64,000 nucleotides of DNA from Candidatus Rokuibacteriota bacterium (GTDB lineage Bacteria; Methylomirabilota; Methylomirabilia; Rokubacteriales; CSP1-6). The translations under genes and the position numbers were made by a program. Positions 1-8,744 of the stretch are shown here, in pieces. Numbering within the stretch: the first letter of the stretch is position 1; the number at the start of each line of letters is the position of its first letter. The notes below the pieces were generated by a model. That model made no database searches and was not told the origin of the DNA. It saw only the letters and a list, made by a program, of their open reading frames with translations. Location of the stretch: assembly GCA_016184125.1 (NCBI GenBank), contig JACPDG010000051.1, positions 7,983 to 71,982 on the forward strand, written 5' to 3'.

Positions 1-998
1 AGTTCGTGCCGGTCCGGTACTTCGACCTGGTGACGGAGTTCGTCCGCGGCGGCCATTGGGCGCCCGATGCGGTGCTGATCCAGACGTCCCCGCCGGACGC
101 GCACGGCTACCTGTCGCTCGGGGTGTCCGTGAGCGTCGCTCTGCCCGCCGCGCAGCGTGCCCCGCTCGTGATCGCGCAGGTGAATCCCCGCATGCCGCGC
201 ACGCTCGGCAACGGCAGCCTCCACCGGAGCCAGATCGACGTCGTCGTGGAGGTCGACGAGCCGCTGCTGGACTACCCGCCGCCCGTGGTCGGGGAGCTCG
301 AGACCGCGATCGGGCGGCACGTCGCCGGGCTCGTTCCGGACGGGGCCACCGTGCAGGTCGGGATCGGCGCGATCCCGCAGGCGGTCCTGGAGGCACTCGT
401 GGACCACCGCGACCTCGCGCTGCACTCGCTCCTGGTCGACTCGGCGGTCACGCTCATCGAGCGTGGTGTCGTCACCGGCGCGCGCAAGCGGTTCCATCGG
501 GGGCGCATCGACATCGGCGAGATCATGGGCACCCGGCGGCTGTTCGACTTCGTCCACGAGCACGACCTCGTGAACATGGAGCCGGCGAGCTTCACGCACG
601 ACCCGCATCTCGTGGCCGAGGTCGGCCGCTTCGTCGCGGTCAACTCCGCGCTCGAGATCGACCTCACCGGGCAGGTGACGGCCGAGAGCCTCGGCCCACG
701 ACAGGTGGCCGGGATCGGCGGACAGTTCGACTTCGTGCTGGGCGCCTCGCGCGCCGACGGCGGCGTGTCGGTGATCGCGCTTCCGTCGACGGGCCGCGAC
801 GGGCAGGTCTCGAGGATCGTGCCGCGGCTGGCGGCCGGCGCGGCGGTGACGACGCCGCGGTTCATCGCCGACGCGATCGTGACGGAGTTCGGTGTCGCCC
901 GGGTGCGGGGCCTCGGAGAGCGGGGGCGGGCGAGAGCGCTGATCGCCGTGGCCCACCCCCGGTTCCGGGAGGAGCTGGAGCGCAGTCTCGCTGGCTAG
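1..998 (+). CDS. Acetyl-CoA hydrolase / 4-hydroxybutyrate CoA-transferase family protein, 5' truncated by window edge
   Basis: Motifs DAHGYLSLGVSV, ATVQVGIGAIP, VNSALEIDLTGQV, SGIGGQ-like GIGGQFDF, IVTEFGVA. Confidence 0.9.
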   Translation, partial: FVPVRYFDLVTEFVRGGHWAPDAVLIQTSPPDAHGYLSLGVSVSVALPAAQRAPLVIAQVNPRMPRTLGNGSLHRSQIDVVVEVDEPLLDYPPPVVGELETAIGRHVAGLVPDGATVQVGIGAIPQAVLEALVDHRDLALHSLLVDSAVTLIERGVVTGARKRFHRGRIDIGEIMGTRRLFDFVHEHDLVNMEPASFTHDPHLVAEVGRFVAVNSALEIDLTGQVTAESLGPRQVAGIGGQFDFVLGASRADGGVSVIALPSTGRDGQVSRIVPRLAAGAAVTTPRFIADAIVTEFGVARVRGLGERGRARALIAVAHPRFREELERSLAG

Positions 999-1225
999 CC
1001 GCGCTTCGCGGCGTCGATCTCGGCGAAGATCTCCTCGTCCGTCGGGAAGCGGTACGTCGTCTGGTTCGAGTAGGCGGTCCGGCCGTCGATGTCCACCTCG
1101 AAGATTCCGCCCGCGCCCTCGATCAGCTCAGCGGTGATGCCGTACTTGTTCTTGATGGCGGCCTGCAAACTGGAGGCCTGTGGGAGGTAGTTTCACTCGC
1201 CGCAGTACTTGATCCGGATCTCCAT
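995..1225 (-). CDS. SelW/SelT/SelH (Rdx family) selenoprotein, 76 aa, CxxU motif with in-frame UGA at 1195-1193
   Basis: Manual translation MEIRIKYCGE-U-NYLPQASSLQAAIKNKYGITAELIEGAGGIFEVDIDGRTAYSNQTTYRFPTDEEIFAEIDAAKRG; GxGGIFEV and RFP Rdx motifs follow the TGA; GAGGAGG RBS upstream. Confidence 0.88.
1155..1179 (-). promoter_or_regulatory. Candidate bacterial SECIS hairpin 3' of the Sec codon
   Basis: GGCCU-C-CA-GUU-UG-C-AGGCC stem-loop; apical loop begins with G about 22 nt after UGA. Confidence 0.5.
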
Positions 1226-1254
1226 GCTCCGTCCTCCTCGTTCGACGTTGATGG

Positions 1255-1263
1255 ATTCTAGCA
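1255..1263 (-). promoter_or_regulatory. Extended -10 promoter (TGCTAGAAT) for the selenoprotein gene
   Basis: TGnTAnnnT match about 30 nt upstream of ATG 1225. Confidence 0.55.
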
Positions 1264-1318
1264 TCTTGAGATGCGGTGACGGCCGATGCGGATTCGCCGC
1301 GCGCCCCGGTATAGTGAG

Positions 1319-1366
1319 AGTTCGAGCAACAATCGACCGCCGCGGCGGTCGGTTGTTGCTCGAACT
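1319..1366. repeat. Palindromic REP-like element, family 2, copy 1
   Basis: AGTTCGAGCAACAATCGACCGCCGCGGCGGTCGGTTGTTGCTCGAACT near-perfect palindrome; homologous copy at 29138-29183. Confidence 0.8.
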
Positions 1367-1395
1367 GAGTTGCCGGGGAGGAGGGCAACGAAGCC

Positions 1396-2316
1396 ATGCG
1401 ACGCTCATCGGCGCCGCGGGTGCGCGCGGTGATCGACACGGACCCGGGGATCGACGACGCCCTGGCCCTGCTCTACGCCTGGCGCTCGCCTGACATGGAT
1501 GTGCGGGCGGTGACCACCGTCGCGGGCAACGTGCCGGTCGACGTCGCGACGGCGAACGTTCTGAGGCTCGCCGCGCTCGCCCGCGCCGGCGTCCCGCGCG
1601 TCGCTGCGGGCGCCGCGAAGCCCCTGGCGCGCGCGCTGACGACCGCGACGCACTACCACGGCGAGGACGGTCTCGGTGACGTCGGCGGCTGGCCGGCGAT
1701 TCACGCCGAGCCGGTCGGTGCCGACGCGGTGGACGTCCTCGTCGCCGCAGCACGCGAGCACGGCCCGTCACTCACCCTCGTCGCGCTCGGCCCGCTCACG
1801 AACGTCGCGATGGCCGTGCAGCGCGACGCCGGCGCGGTGCGAGGCGTCGGCCGTGTCGTCGTGATGGGAGGCGCCGTCGACGTCCCGGGCAACGTCACGC
1901 CGACCGCCGAGTTCAACGTGCACGTCGACCCGGAGGCGGCCGCCATCGTCCTCGATGCCGGGCTCCCGCTGGACCTGGTCCCGCTGGACGCGACCCGGCA
2001 GGCCGTGCTCGATCGGGCGCGGTTCGAGACCGCGGCGGCCCGATCCCGTGCCCCGGGAGCGAGCCAGCTCGTGCGATGCACGGCGCGCGGGTTCCGGGTG
2101 GACCACGCGCGCGGCACGCATGGCATGGTGCTCCACGATCCGCTCGCGGTCGGCGCTGCGCTCGACCCGACGCTGATCGAGTGGGAGCCGGTCAAGGTGA
2201 CCGTCTCGTCGGCGGGCGAGACCCGACGCGTGCGCGGCCGGCCCAACTGCCGGGTCGCGCGGCGTGTGGACGCCGACCGGTTCATCATGACGTTCCTGGA
2301 ACGGCTGCTTCCGTGA
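1396..2316 (+). CDS. Inosine-uridine preferring nucleoside hydrolase
   Basis: IDTDPGIDD, LGPLTN, AEFNVHVDPEAA, LHDP motifs. Confidence 0.93.
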   Translation: MRRSSAPRVRAVIDTDPGIDDALALLYAWRSPDMDVRAVTTVAGNVPVDVATANVLRLAALARAGVPRVAAGAAKPLARALTTATHYHGEDGLGDVGGWPAIHAEPVGADAVDVLVAAAREHGPSLTLVALGPLTNVAMAVQRDAGAVRGVGRVVVMGGAVDVPGNVTPTAEFNVHVDPEAAAIVLDAGLPLDLVPLDATRQAVLDRARFETAAARSRAPGASQLVRCTARGFRVDHARGTHGMVLHDPLAVGAALDPTLIEWEPVKVTVSSAGETRRVRGRPNCRVARRVDADRFIMTFLERLLP

Positions 2317-2326
2317 CGAGGAGCCG

Positions 2327-3388
2327 ATGGTCACTTCGAGCCTCCCGCGAGACGAGCGCGTGAATCGCGCGCGCGTCCTGGTCATCGGCTCGGCGAACGT
2401 CGACTTCGTGGTCACGGTGCCGCGCCTGCCCGCGGCGGGCGAGACGGTGTCCGAGGGGACCCTGCTGATCAATCGCGGCGGCAAGGGCGCGAACCAGGCG
2501 GTGGCTTCACGGCGTCTCGGCGCCGACGTGCGCCTGATCGGCTGCGTCGGGAGCGATCCGTCGGGGGAGAGTATCCGGTCGGCGCTCGAGGGCGAGGGGA
2601 TCGGGATCGCGGGGCTCATGTCCACTACCGAGGCAGCGACGGGCACCGCCCTGATCATCGTCGACGCCGAGGGGCGCAACCAGATCGCGGTCGCCCCCGG
2701 CGCGAACCGGCGGCTCACCGTGGACGATGTACGCGCCCGGGAGGACGACCTCCGGTGGGCGCGCGTCGTCATCGGGTCGCTCGAGGTGCCGCTTCCCGCG
2801 GTGCGTGAGGCGTTCACGGTCGCGCGCGGTCACGGCGCCATCACGATCCTCAACCCGGCGCCCGTGCCGGCCACGCCGATCGACTTCTGGCCGCTCGTCG
2901 ATTACCTCACGCCGAACGCGGGCGAGGCGGAGCGATTGAGCGGGGTCCCGGTGCGGGATCAGCCCTCGGCCGCGCGGGCGGCGTCGGTCCTCCGCGAGCG
3001 CGGCGCCGGCACGGTGATCGTCACGCTCGGCGGCGACGGCGCGCTGCTGGTCACTGCCGACGGCGTCGGCCACGTGCCGGCGTTCACCGTGACGGCGATC
3101 GACACGACGGCGGCGGGCGACGCATTCAATGCCGGCCTCGCGACCGGTCTCGCGGACGGACGTCCGCTCACGGCCGCCGCCCGGTTCGCGAGCGCGGTCG
3201 CCGCGCTGGCGTGCACGCGACGCGGCGCGCAGGACTCGCTCCCGACACGGGCGAGCGTCGAAAAGATTTTATGGGGGGACTATCGAAGCCCCCCAAGCCC
3301 CCCACGCTCGGAGCCGTCCCGGGAGGGGTGCGCGGACGCACCCGTGGTGCGCGGACGCACCTGCGAAACCCGGGACCGCCCTCGATGA
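2327..3388 (+). CDS. rbsK: Ribokinase (PfkB family); C-terminal ~39 aa encoded by a repeat element
   Basis: GGKGANQAVA, NPAP, DTTAAGDAF motifs; adjacent to nucleoside hydrolase. Confidence 0.92.
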   Translation: MVTSSLPRDERVNRARVLVIGSANVDFVVTVPRLPAAGETVSEGTLLINRGGKGANQAVASRRLGADVRLIGCVGSDPSGESIRSALEGEGIGIAGLMSTTEAATGTALIIVDAEGRNQIAVAPGANRRLTVDDVRAREDDLRWARVVIGSLEVPLPAVREAFTVARGHGAITILNPAPVPATPIDFWPLVDYLTPNAGEAERLSGVPVRDQPSAARAASVLRERGAGTVIVTLGGDGALLVTADGVGHVPAFTVTAIDTTAAGDAFNAGLATGLADGRPLTAAARFASAVAALACTRRGAQDSLPTRASVEKILWGDYRSPPSPPRSEPSREGCADAPVVRGRTCETRDRPR

Positions 3389-3410
3389 TCGGATTCGCTC
3401 ACGGCCCCTC
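3271..3410 (+). repeat. G6/C6-hairpin repeat family 1, copy A
   Basis: ATGGGGGGACTATCGAAGCCCCCCAAGCCCCCCACGCTCGGAG...GGATTCGCTCACGG; shared with 8 other loci. Confidence 0.9.
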
Positions 3411-4511
3411 ACGCCCGACCCGCTCGGTCAACGCCTCCACCCGGCCGAGCGCCTGCGCGATCCGCTCCGGCGCGAGCCGTCCACGGCGGAGCGCCTCGCG
3501 GATTGCCGTGAGCGCCGTGAGCGCCGCGGAGCGGCCGTCGGGCAGGCGGTCCTCGGCGATGAGCAGCAGGTCGGCGCCCGCGTCGAGCGCGAGCACGGCC
3601 GCCTCGCCGAGCCCGTAGTGCCCGTCGATCGCGCCCATCCTCAGGTCGTCCGTCACGACGAGCCCGCGGAAGCCCAGGTCCCGGCGGAGCAGACCGGTGA
3701 TCGTCGCATGGGACAGGGTCGCGGGATGCTCCGGGTCGAGCGTCCGGTTGAACACGTGCGCCGTCATGATCGCGTCCACGAGTTCCTCGGCGATCAGCGT
3801 GCGGTACGGGATGAGCTCGATCTCCGGCCTCGCGGTCGCCGTCACGTCGACGAACCCGAGATGTGAGTCGTCGAAGCTCGAGCCGTGTCCGGGGAAGTGC
3901 TTGAGGGCGGTGAGGACGCCCGCGGCGCGCATCCCGGACATCCAGGCGCGCGCGTGCTCGGTCACCAGGAGCGGGTTCGCGCCGAAGCTCCGCCCGAGGC
4001 CGACGATGACGGGGTTCGCCGGGTTGTAGCCGACGTCCACGACCGGTCCGAGGTTCCAGTTGATTCCGGCCTCGCGGAGCAGTGCGCCGATGCGGCGCGC
4101 CTCCAGCTCGGTCGCGGCGAAGTCGTTCTCGTCGCCGAGGTCGCGGTGCGAGAGGCTCGGGGTGAAGCCTGCTTGCGCGCCCAGCCGCATGACGCGGCCG
4201 CCCTCGGCGTCGACGGCGATGAGCAGCGGCGCTCGGCCGCACGATTGCACGCGGTGCCTCACCGCGGTCGTGAGCTCGCGCACCTGCTGCGCGCTGGTGA
4301 TGTTGCGGCCGAAGAGCACGATGCCGGCGACGCGGACGTCGCACAGGAGACGATCGAGCTCCTCGCTGGCGTCGAGCGCGGTGCCCGAGAAGCCCACCAG
4401 CAGGAGACGGCCGAGGTGCGGCTCGAGCCGCGCGAGGACCACCGGGTCGGGGCGCAGCATGGCGCAGCCGGTCGCGAGCAGCAGCGTGGCGAGCAGGAGC
4501 CGACGGCGCAC
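3399..4511 (-). CDS. nagZ: Beta-N-acetylhexosaminidase (GH3), lipoprotein
   Basis: IAVDAEGGRV, KHFPGHG, VTDDLRM motifs; lipobox LATGC. Confidence 0.9.
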   Translation of the reverse strand: MRRRLLLATLLLATGCAMLRPDPVVLARLEPHLGRLLLVGFSGTALDASEELDRLLCDVRVAGIVLFGRNITSAQQVRELTTAVRHRVQSCGRAPLLIAVDAEGGRVMRLGAQAGFTPSLSHRDLGDENDFAATELEARRIGALLREAGINWNLGPVVDVGYNPANPVIVGLGRSFGANPLLVTEHARAWMSGMRAAGVLTALKHFPGHGSSFDDSHLGFVDVTATARPEIELIPYRTLIAEELVDAIMTAHVFNRTLDPEHPATLSHATITGLLRRDLGFRGLVVTDDLRMGAIDGHYGLGEAAVLALDAGADLLLIAEDRLPDGRSAALTALTAIREALRRGRLAPERIAQALGRVEALTERVGREGP

Positions 4512-4513
4512 GG

Positions 4514-5296
4514 CTACCCGCGACGAGCTGCCGCCACGAATCTCCGGACGCGTTCCTCGTCGACGGGCTGGTCCACGTCACCGTTCCGCTTGAGCGAGGT
4601 GCCGACGATCACGGCGTCGGCGAGCTCCAGGATCGCCGCGATGCTGTCCGCGTCCGCGCCGCTGCCGACGACCAGCGGAACGCCGGCGACAGCGCCACGC
4701 ACGCGCTTGACGTCGCCGAGCGGTGCCGGCTCGCCGGTCGCGCGCCCCGTGACCACGAGCGCGTCGGCGAGGCCGCGGTGGACGAGATCGCGCGCCTCCT
4801 GTTCCAGCTCGACGGGGGCCAGCGGCACGGCGTGCTTGCCCTGGACGTCGGCGAAGATGGCGATGTCGGCGCCGAGCAGCCGCCTCTCGCGCAGCGTGTG
4901 GTACGCGTCGGAGTGGACGATCCCTTGATCGGCGAGGACGGCGCCGGCGTGGACGTTCACGCGGATGAAGCCGGCACCGACCGCGCACGCGACCGCGAGC
5001 GCCGAGCGGGCGTCGTTCTTGAGGACGTTGACCCCGAGCGGGACGGTCGGATAGACGCGACGCAGCTCGCGCGCGACGACCGTCATGCCCGCGACCGTCG
5101 GCGCGTCGACCCGGTCCGGCGTGAACGGCGCGTCGCCCCAGTTCTCGACGAGGAGCGCGTCCATCCCGCCCGCCACGAGCGCGCCGGCGTCGGCGAGCGC
5201 GGTGTCGACGACGCGCGCCATCGCTCCAGCCCAGCGGGGACTGCCGGGAAGCGGCAGGCAGTGCACCATGCCGATCAGCGTGCGAGCGAGTTGCAT
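4514..5296 (-). CDS. BtpA/SgcQ family protein
   Basis: IGMVHCLPLPGSP, VENWGDAPF, IFADVQGKH, ALVVTGRATG. Confidence 0.9.
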   Translation of the reverse strand: MQLARTLIGMVHCLPLPGSPRWAGAMARVVDTALADAGALVAGGMDALLVENWGDAPFTPDRVDAPTVAGMTVVARELRRVYPTVPLGVNVLKNDARSALAVACAVGAGFIRVNVHAGAVLADQGIVHSDAYHTLRERRLLGADIAIFADVQGKHAVPLAPVELEQEARDLVHRGLADALVVTGRATGEPAPLGDVKRVRGAVAGVPLVVGSGADADSIAAILELADAVIVGTSLKRNGDVDQPVDEERVRRFVAAARRG

Positions 5297-5310
5297 CGGG
5301 TTGCGCGCGG

Positions 5311-5337
5311 ATTGTAGCACGCGCCGCGTGCTATAGT
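5311..5337. promoter_or_regulatory. Back-to-back extended -10 promoters (TGCTACAAT minus, TGCTATAGT plus)
   Basis: Quasi-palindrome ATTGTAGCACGCGCCGCGTGCTATAGT between divergent btpA-like and MFS genes. Confidence 0.65.
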
Positions 5338-5355
5338 GGCCGAGGCCACGTCCTG

Positions 5356-6618
5356 ATGAGCACGTCCCGGGTTTTCTTCGGCTGGTGGGTCGCGCTGTCC
5401 TTCTCGGCGATGGTGTTCCTCTCCACCGGCATCCGCTTCACCGTCGGACCGTTCCTCAAGCCGATGGTGGCCGACCTCGGTCTCGACCGCGCCAGCTTCT
5501 CGCTCGTCGTCTCCGTGGGCCTCTTCCTCTACGGCGCGGTCATGCCGGCCGTCGGACGCCTCGCCGATCAGCTCGGCGCGCGGCCGGTCGTCGTCGCGGG
5601 CGCCATCGTGCTCGCGGGCTCGGTGGCGGCGAACGCGCTGGTCCAGCACTACTGGCAGCTCTGGATCGTCTACGGCCTCGGCATGGCGCTCGGTCTCGCG
5701 ATGACGGGCCACGTCGTGGCGTCTGCGGTGATCACCCGGTGGTTCACGCGACGGCGCGCGACGGCGCTGTCGCTGCTCGGCGCCGCGTCGATGGCGGGCA
5801 TGAGCCTCCTCGTCCCCATCTCGATGTGGCTGATCATGCGGATCGGCTGGCGCCTGACCTACGTGGTCCTCGCGGCCGCGGCCCTCGTCGTGATCCTGCC
5901 GCTCGCGCTCTGGGTCATGCGCGACGCGCCCGAGTCGATGGGGCTCGCGCCCGACGGCGCGCCCGTGGCGACCACCCGGGCGCCGGCCGGCGACGAGCGC
6001 ATGACCGCCGCGGCCGCGATGCAGACCCGACCGTTCTGGCACATCGCGCTCGCGCTCTCGACCTGTGGGTTCTCGATGAGTCTGCTGTCGGCCCACGGCG
6101 TGCCGATGCTCACCGACCACGGCTACCACCCGATGGTCGCCTCGTGGGCCTTCGCCCTCCTGGGCGGCACGAACGTCGTGTTCGCCTTGATCCTCGGTAC
6201 GGTCGCCGACCGGATCGGCGCACGACCCGTGCTCGTCGGGATCTACGGCGGACGCGCGATCGCGGTCGCCCTCCTGTTCGTGATCCGCGACCAGCCGCTC
6301 GCGATCATGCTCGTCGCGGCGCTCGGCGGCGCGACCATGGCCGGCACGTTCGCCATGACATCGGCGCTCACGGCGGACATCTTCGGCCGGTTCTCCGTCG
6401 GCTCCGTCTTCGGCGCGATGTTCCTCGTCCACCAGGCGGGCGCAGCGCTCGGCTCGTGGCTCGGTGGTGTCTCGTTCGAGGGGACCGGCGGGTACGGGCT
6501 CGCCTTCGCCGTGGCGTCGATGACGCTGCTGTCCGCGTCGGTCCTGAGCCTCACGACGGACGTGCGCCCGCGGTGCGTCCCGGCGGCAAGCCTGTCCGCC
6601 GTCGCCGGCGGCCGGTGA
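5356..6618 (+). CDS. MFS transporter
   Basis: 12 hydrophobic segments; GRLADQLGAR and GTVADRIGAR MFS loop motifs. Confidence 0.9.
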   Translation: MSTSRVFFGWWVALSFSAMVFLSTGIRFTVGPFLKPMVADLGLDRASFSLVVSVGLFLYGAVMPAVGRLADQLGARPVVVAGAIVLAGSVAANALVQHYWQLWIVYGLGMALGLAMTGHVVASAVITRWFTRRRATALSLLGAASMAGMSLLVPISMWLIMRIGWRLTYVVLAAAALVVILPLALWVMRDAPESMGLAPDGAPVATTRAPAGDERMTAAAAMQTRPFWHIALALSTCGFSMSLLSAHGVPMLTDHGYHPMVASWAFALLGGTNVVFALILGTVADRIGARPVLVGIYGGRAIAVALLFVIRDQPLAIMLVAALGGATMAGTFAMTSALTADIFGRFSVGSVFGAMFLVHQAGAALGSWLGGVSFEGTGGYGLAFAVASMTLLSASVLSLTTDVRPRCVPAASLSAVAGGR

Positions 6619-6658
6619 CGGCGCGTCTTCCATCGGTCGCACACCCCCGGAGGTCAGC

Positions 6659-7444
6659 ATGGGATACAGCACCGTCCTCGTCCAGCGCGTGGGCGCCGTC
6701 GCCACGATCACGCTCAACCGTCCCGAGGCGCGTAACGCGCTCGACCTCGTGATGCGGCGCGAGCTGCTGGACGTCCTCGACGACGTCGAGCGCGACGAGG
6801 GCGCGAGGGTCGTGGTCCTCACCGGCGCGGGCGGCCACTTCTGCGCGGGCGGCGACGTCAAGACGATGCGCGAGAAGCGGCACACCCCGGCCGAGGGCCG
6901 CGCGCGGGTCGAGCTGCTGAACCGGATGGTGGTGCGCCTCGTCGACTTCCCCCGCCCCACGATCGCGATGGTGGACGGCGTCGCCGTGGGCGCCGGCTGC
7001 AACCTCGCCCTCTGCTGCGACGTCGTCGTCGCGTCCGACCGCGCGCGCTTCGGCGAGGTGTTCGCCAGGATCGGACTCGTCCCCGACGGCGGCGGGACCT
7101 GGCTCGTGTCGCGCGCGGTCGGGCTCGCGCGCGCGAAGGAGCTCGTCTTCACCGCGGACATCATCGACGCGGCGGAGGCGCTGCGCATCGGCCTGGTGAC
7201 TCGCGTCGTGGCGGTCGCCGAGCTCGAGCAGCAGACACGTGCGCTCGCGGACCGCATCGCGGCCGGCCCGCCGGCCGCGCTGGCCATGGCCAAGCGCATG
7301 ATGAACCGCGCGGCGACGTCGGACCTCGAGAGCGCGCTCCAGATGGAGGCCTACGCGCAGGGCGTCGCGATCGCGTCCGAGGACCACCAGGAAGGGCTGG
7401 CGTCGTTCTTCGACAAGCGCGCCGCCCGGTTCACCGGCCGATGA
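6659..7444 (+). CDS. Enoyl-CoA hydratase/isomerase family protein
   Basis: LNRPEARNAL, FCAGGD, AVGAGCNLALCCD, GLVPDGG. Confidence 0.93.
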   Translation: MGYSTVLVQRVGAVATITLNRPEARNALDLVMRRELLDVLDDVERDEGARVVVLTGAGGHFCAGGDVKTMREKRHTPAEGRARVELLNRMVVRLVDFPRPTIAMVDGVAVGAGCNLALCCDVVVASDRARFGEVFARIGLVPDGGGTWLVSRAVGLARAKELVFTADIIDAAEALRIGLVTRVVAVAELEQQTRALADRIAAGPPAALAMAKRMMNRAATSDLESALQMEAYAQGVAIASEDHQEGLASFFDKRAARFTGR

Positions 7445-8523
7445 ACCGCATCGTCGGCACGGGGATCGCCGTGCCGCCGACCGTCGTGGACAACGGGCTC
7501 CTGTCGCGCTGCATGTCGACGACCGACGAGTGGATCGTCCAGCGCAGCGGTATCAGGCAGCGTCACGTGTCGCCGGACACCTGGCGGATGCTCCAGCGCC
7601 TGGCGGAGGCGCCGGACAAGCCGGCGTTCATGGACTCGGTGTTCGCCCAGGGGCTCGACGGCTGCATCGACTCGTCGATGACCGTGACGGACCTCGCGCT
7701 CGAAGCGAGCGCGATGGCGCTCAAGGCCGCGGGCATCCGCGCGCAGGAGCTCGACTGTATCGTCGAGTCCTCGACCCTGCCGGACCTGGCGTACCCGCAC
7801 ACGGGGTGCGTGCTGCAGGGACGGCTCGGGCTCACGAGCACGCCCGCGATCAGCCTCCAGCAGGGGTGCGCCGGCTTCGTCTACGGGCTGGCCATCGCCG
7901 ACCAGATGATGCGCGGCGGGATGTACCGCCAGGTCCTCGTGGTGGGTGCCGAGCTCCTGTCGAGCGCGTTCGATTACACCGACCGCGGCCGAGACATGGC
8001 GGTCCTGTTCGCCGACGGTGCGGGGGCGGCGGTCGTGCGGGCCGAGACCGGCAACCGCGGCGTGATCTCGAGTCACCTGCACTCCGACGGCACGATGATC
8101 GACGCGCTGTCCGGCGAGCTGTGTGGGTCCTCGACGTTCCCGCCGGTCTCGAAGAAGAAGATCGACGACGGCCGGGCGCGTCCGCGGATGAACGGCCGCC
8201 AGGTCTTCGTGCACGCCGTCCGGCGCTTCCGCGAGGTCATCCTCGAGTGCGTCGAGGCCAACGGCATCACGCTCGGCGACGTGGATCGCTTCGTCGTGCA
8301 CCAGGCGAATCTCAGGATCATCGAAGCGGTGGGCGACGCGCTCGGCATCCCGCCCGATCGCTTCTTCAACAACATCGAGCGCTTCGGCAACACCGCCGCC
8401 GCGTCGGTGCCCATCGCGTTGCACGAGGCGCTCGCGGCCGGCGCGATCCGCGACGGGGACCTCGTGATGCTCGCGTCGTTCGGCACCGGGCTGTCCTGGG
8501 GCGCGAACATGATCCGCTGGTAA
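7441..8523 (+). CDS. fabH: 3-oxoacyl-ACP synthase III
   Basis: Cys-His-Asn triad: GCAGF, HQANLRI, GNTAAAS; LFADGAGA; ATGA overlap with upstream gene. Confidence 0.9.
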   Translation: MNRIVGTGIAVPPTVVDNGLLSRCMSTTDEWIVQRSGIRQRHVSPDTWRMLQRLAEAPDKPAFMDSVFAQGLDGCIDSSMTVTDLALEASAMALKAAGIRAQELDCIVESSTLPDLAYPHTGCVLQGRLGLTSTPAISLQQGCAGFVYGLAIADQMMRGGMYRQVLVVGAELLSSAFDYTDRGRDMAVLFADGAGAAVVRAETGNRGVISSHLHSDGTMIDALSGELCGSSTFPPVSKKKIDDGRARPRMNGRQVFVHAVRRFREVILECVEANGITLGDVDRFVVHQANLRIIEAVGDALGIPPDRFFNNIERFGNTAAASVPIALHEALAAGAIRDGDLVMLASFGTGLSWGANMIRW

Positions 8524-8744
8524 TCGCCGGCCGGCCTCGACGGCCCCTTCGACCTCCCGCGAGTGCGCGGGTAAAGCTTCAGCTCGCCGCCTCGACCGAC
8601 CGTCGCTGGAGCGGACCTGCCGCTGGATAACCGCCCGGCGGATGAAAATAGTACAAAGCACCTATAGACCCCGACAGGACAATCGGCAAGGCTGAAGCAC
8701 TTGACGCTTCCTGACTCGGGACCAACGCGCGGGGCGCGGAACCC

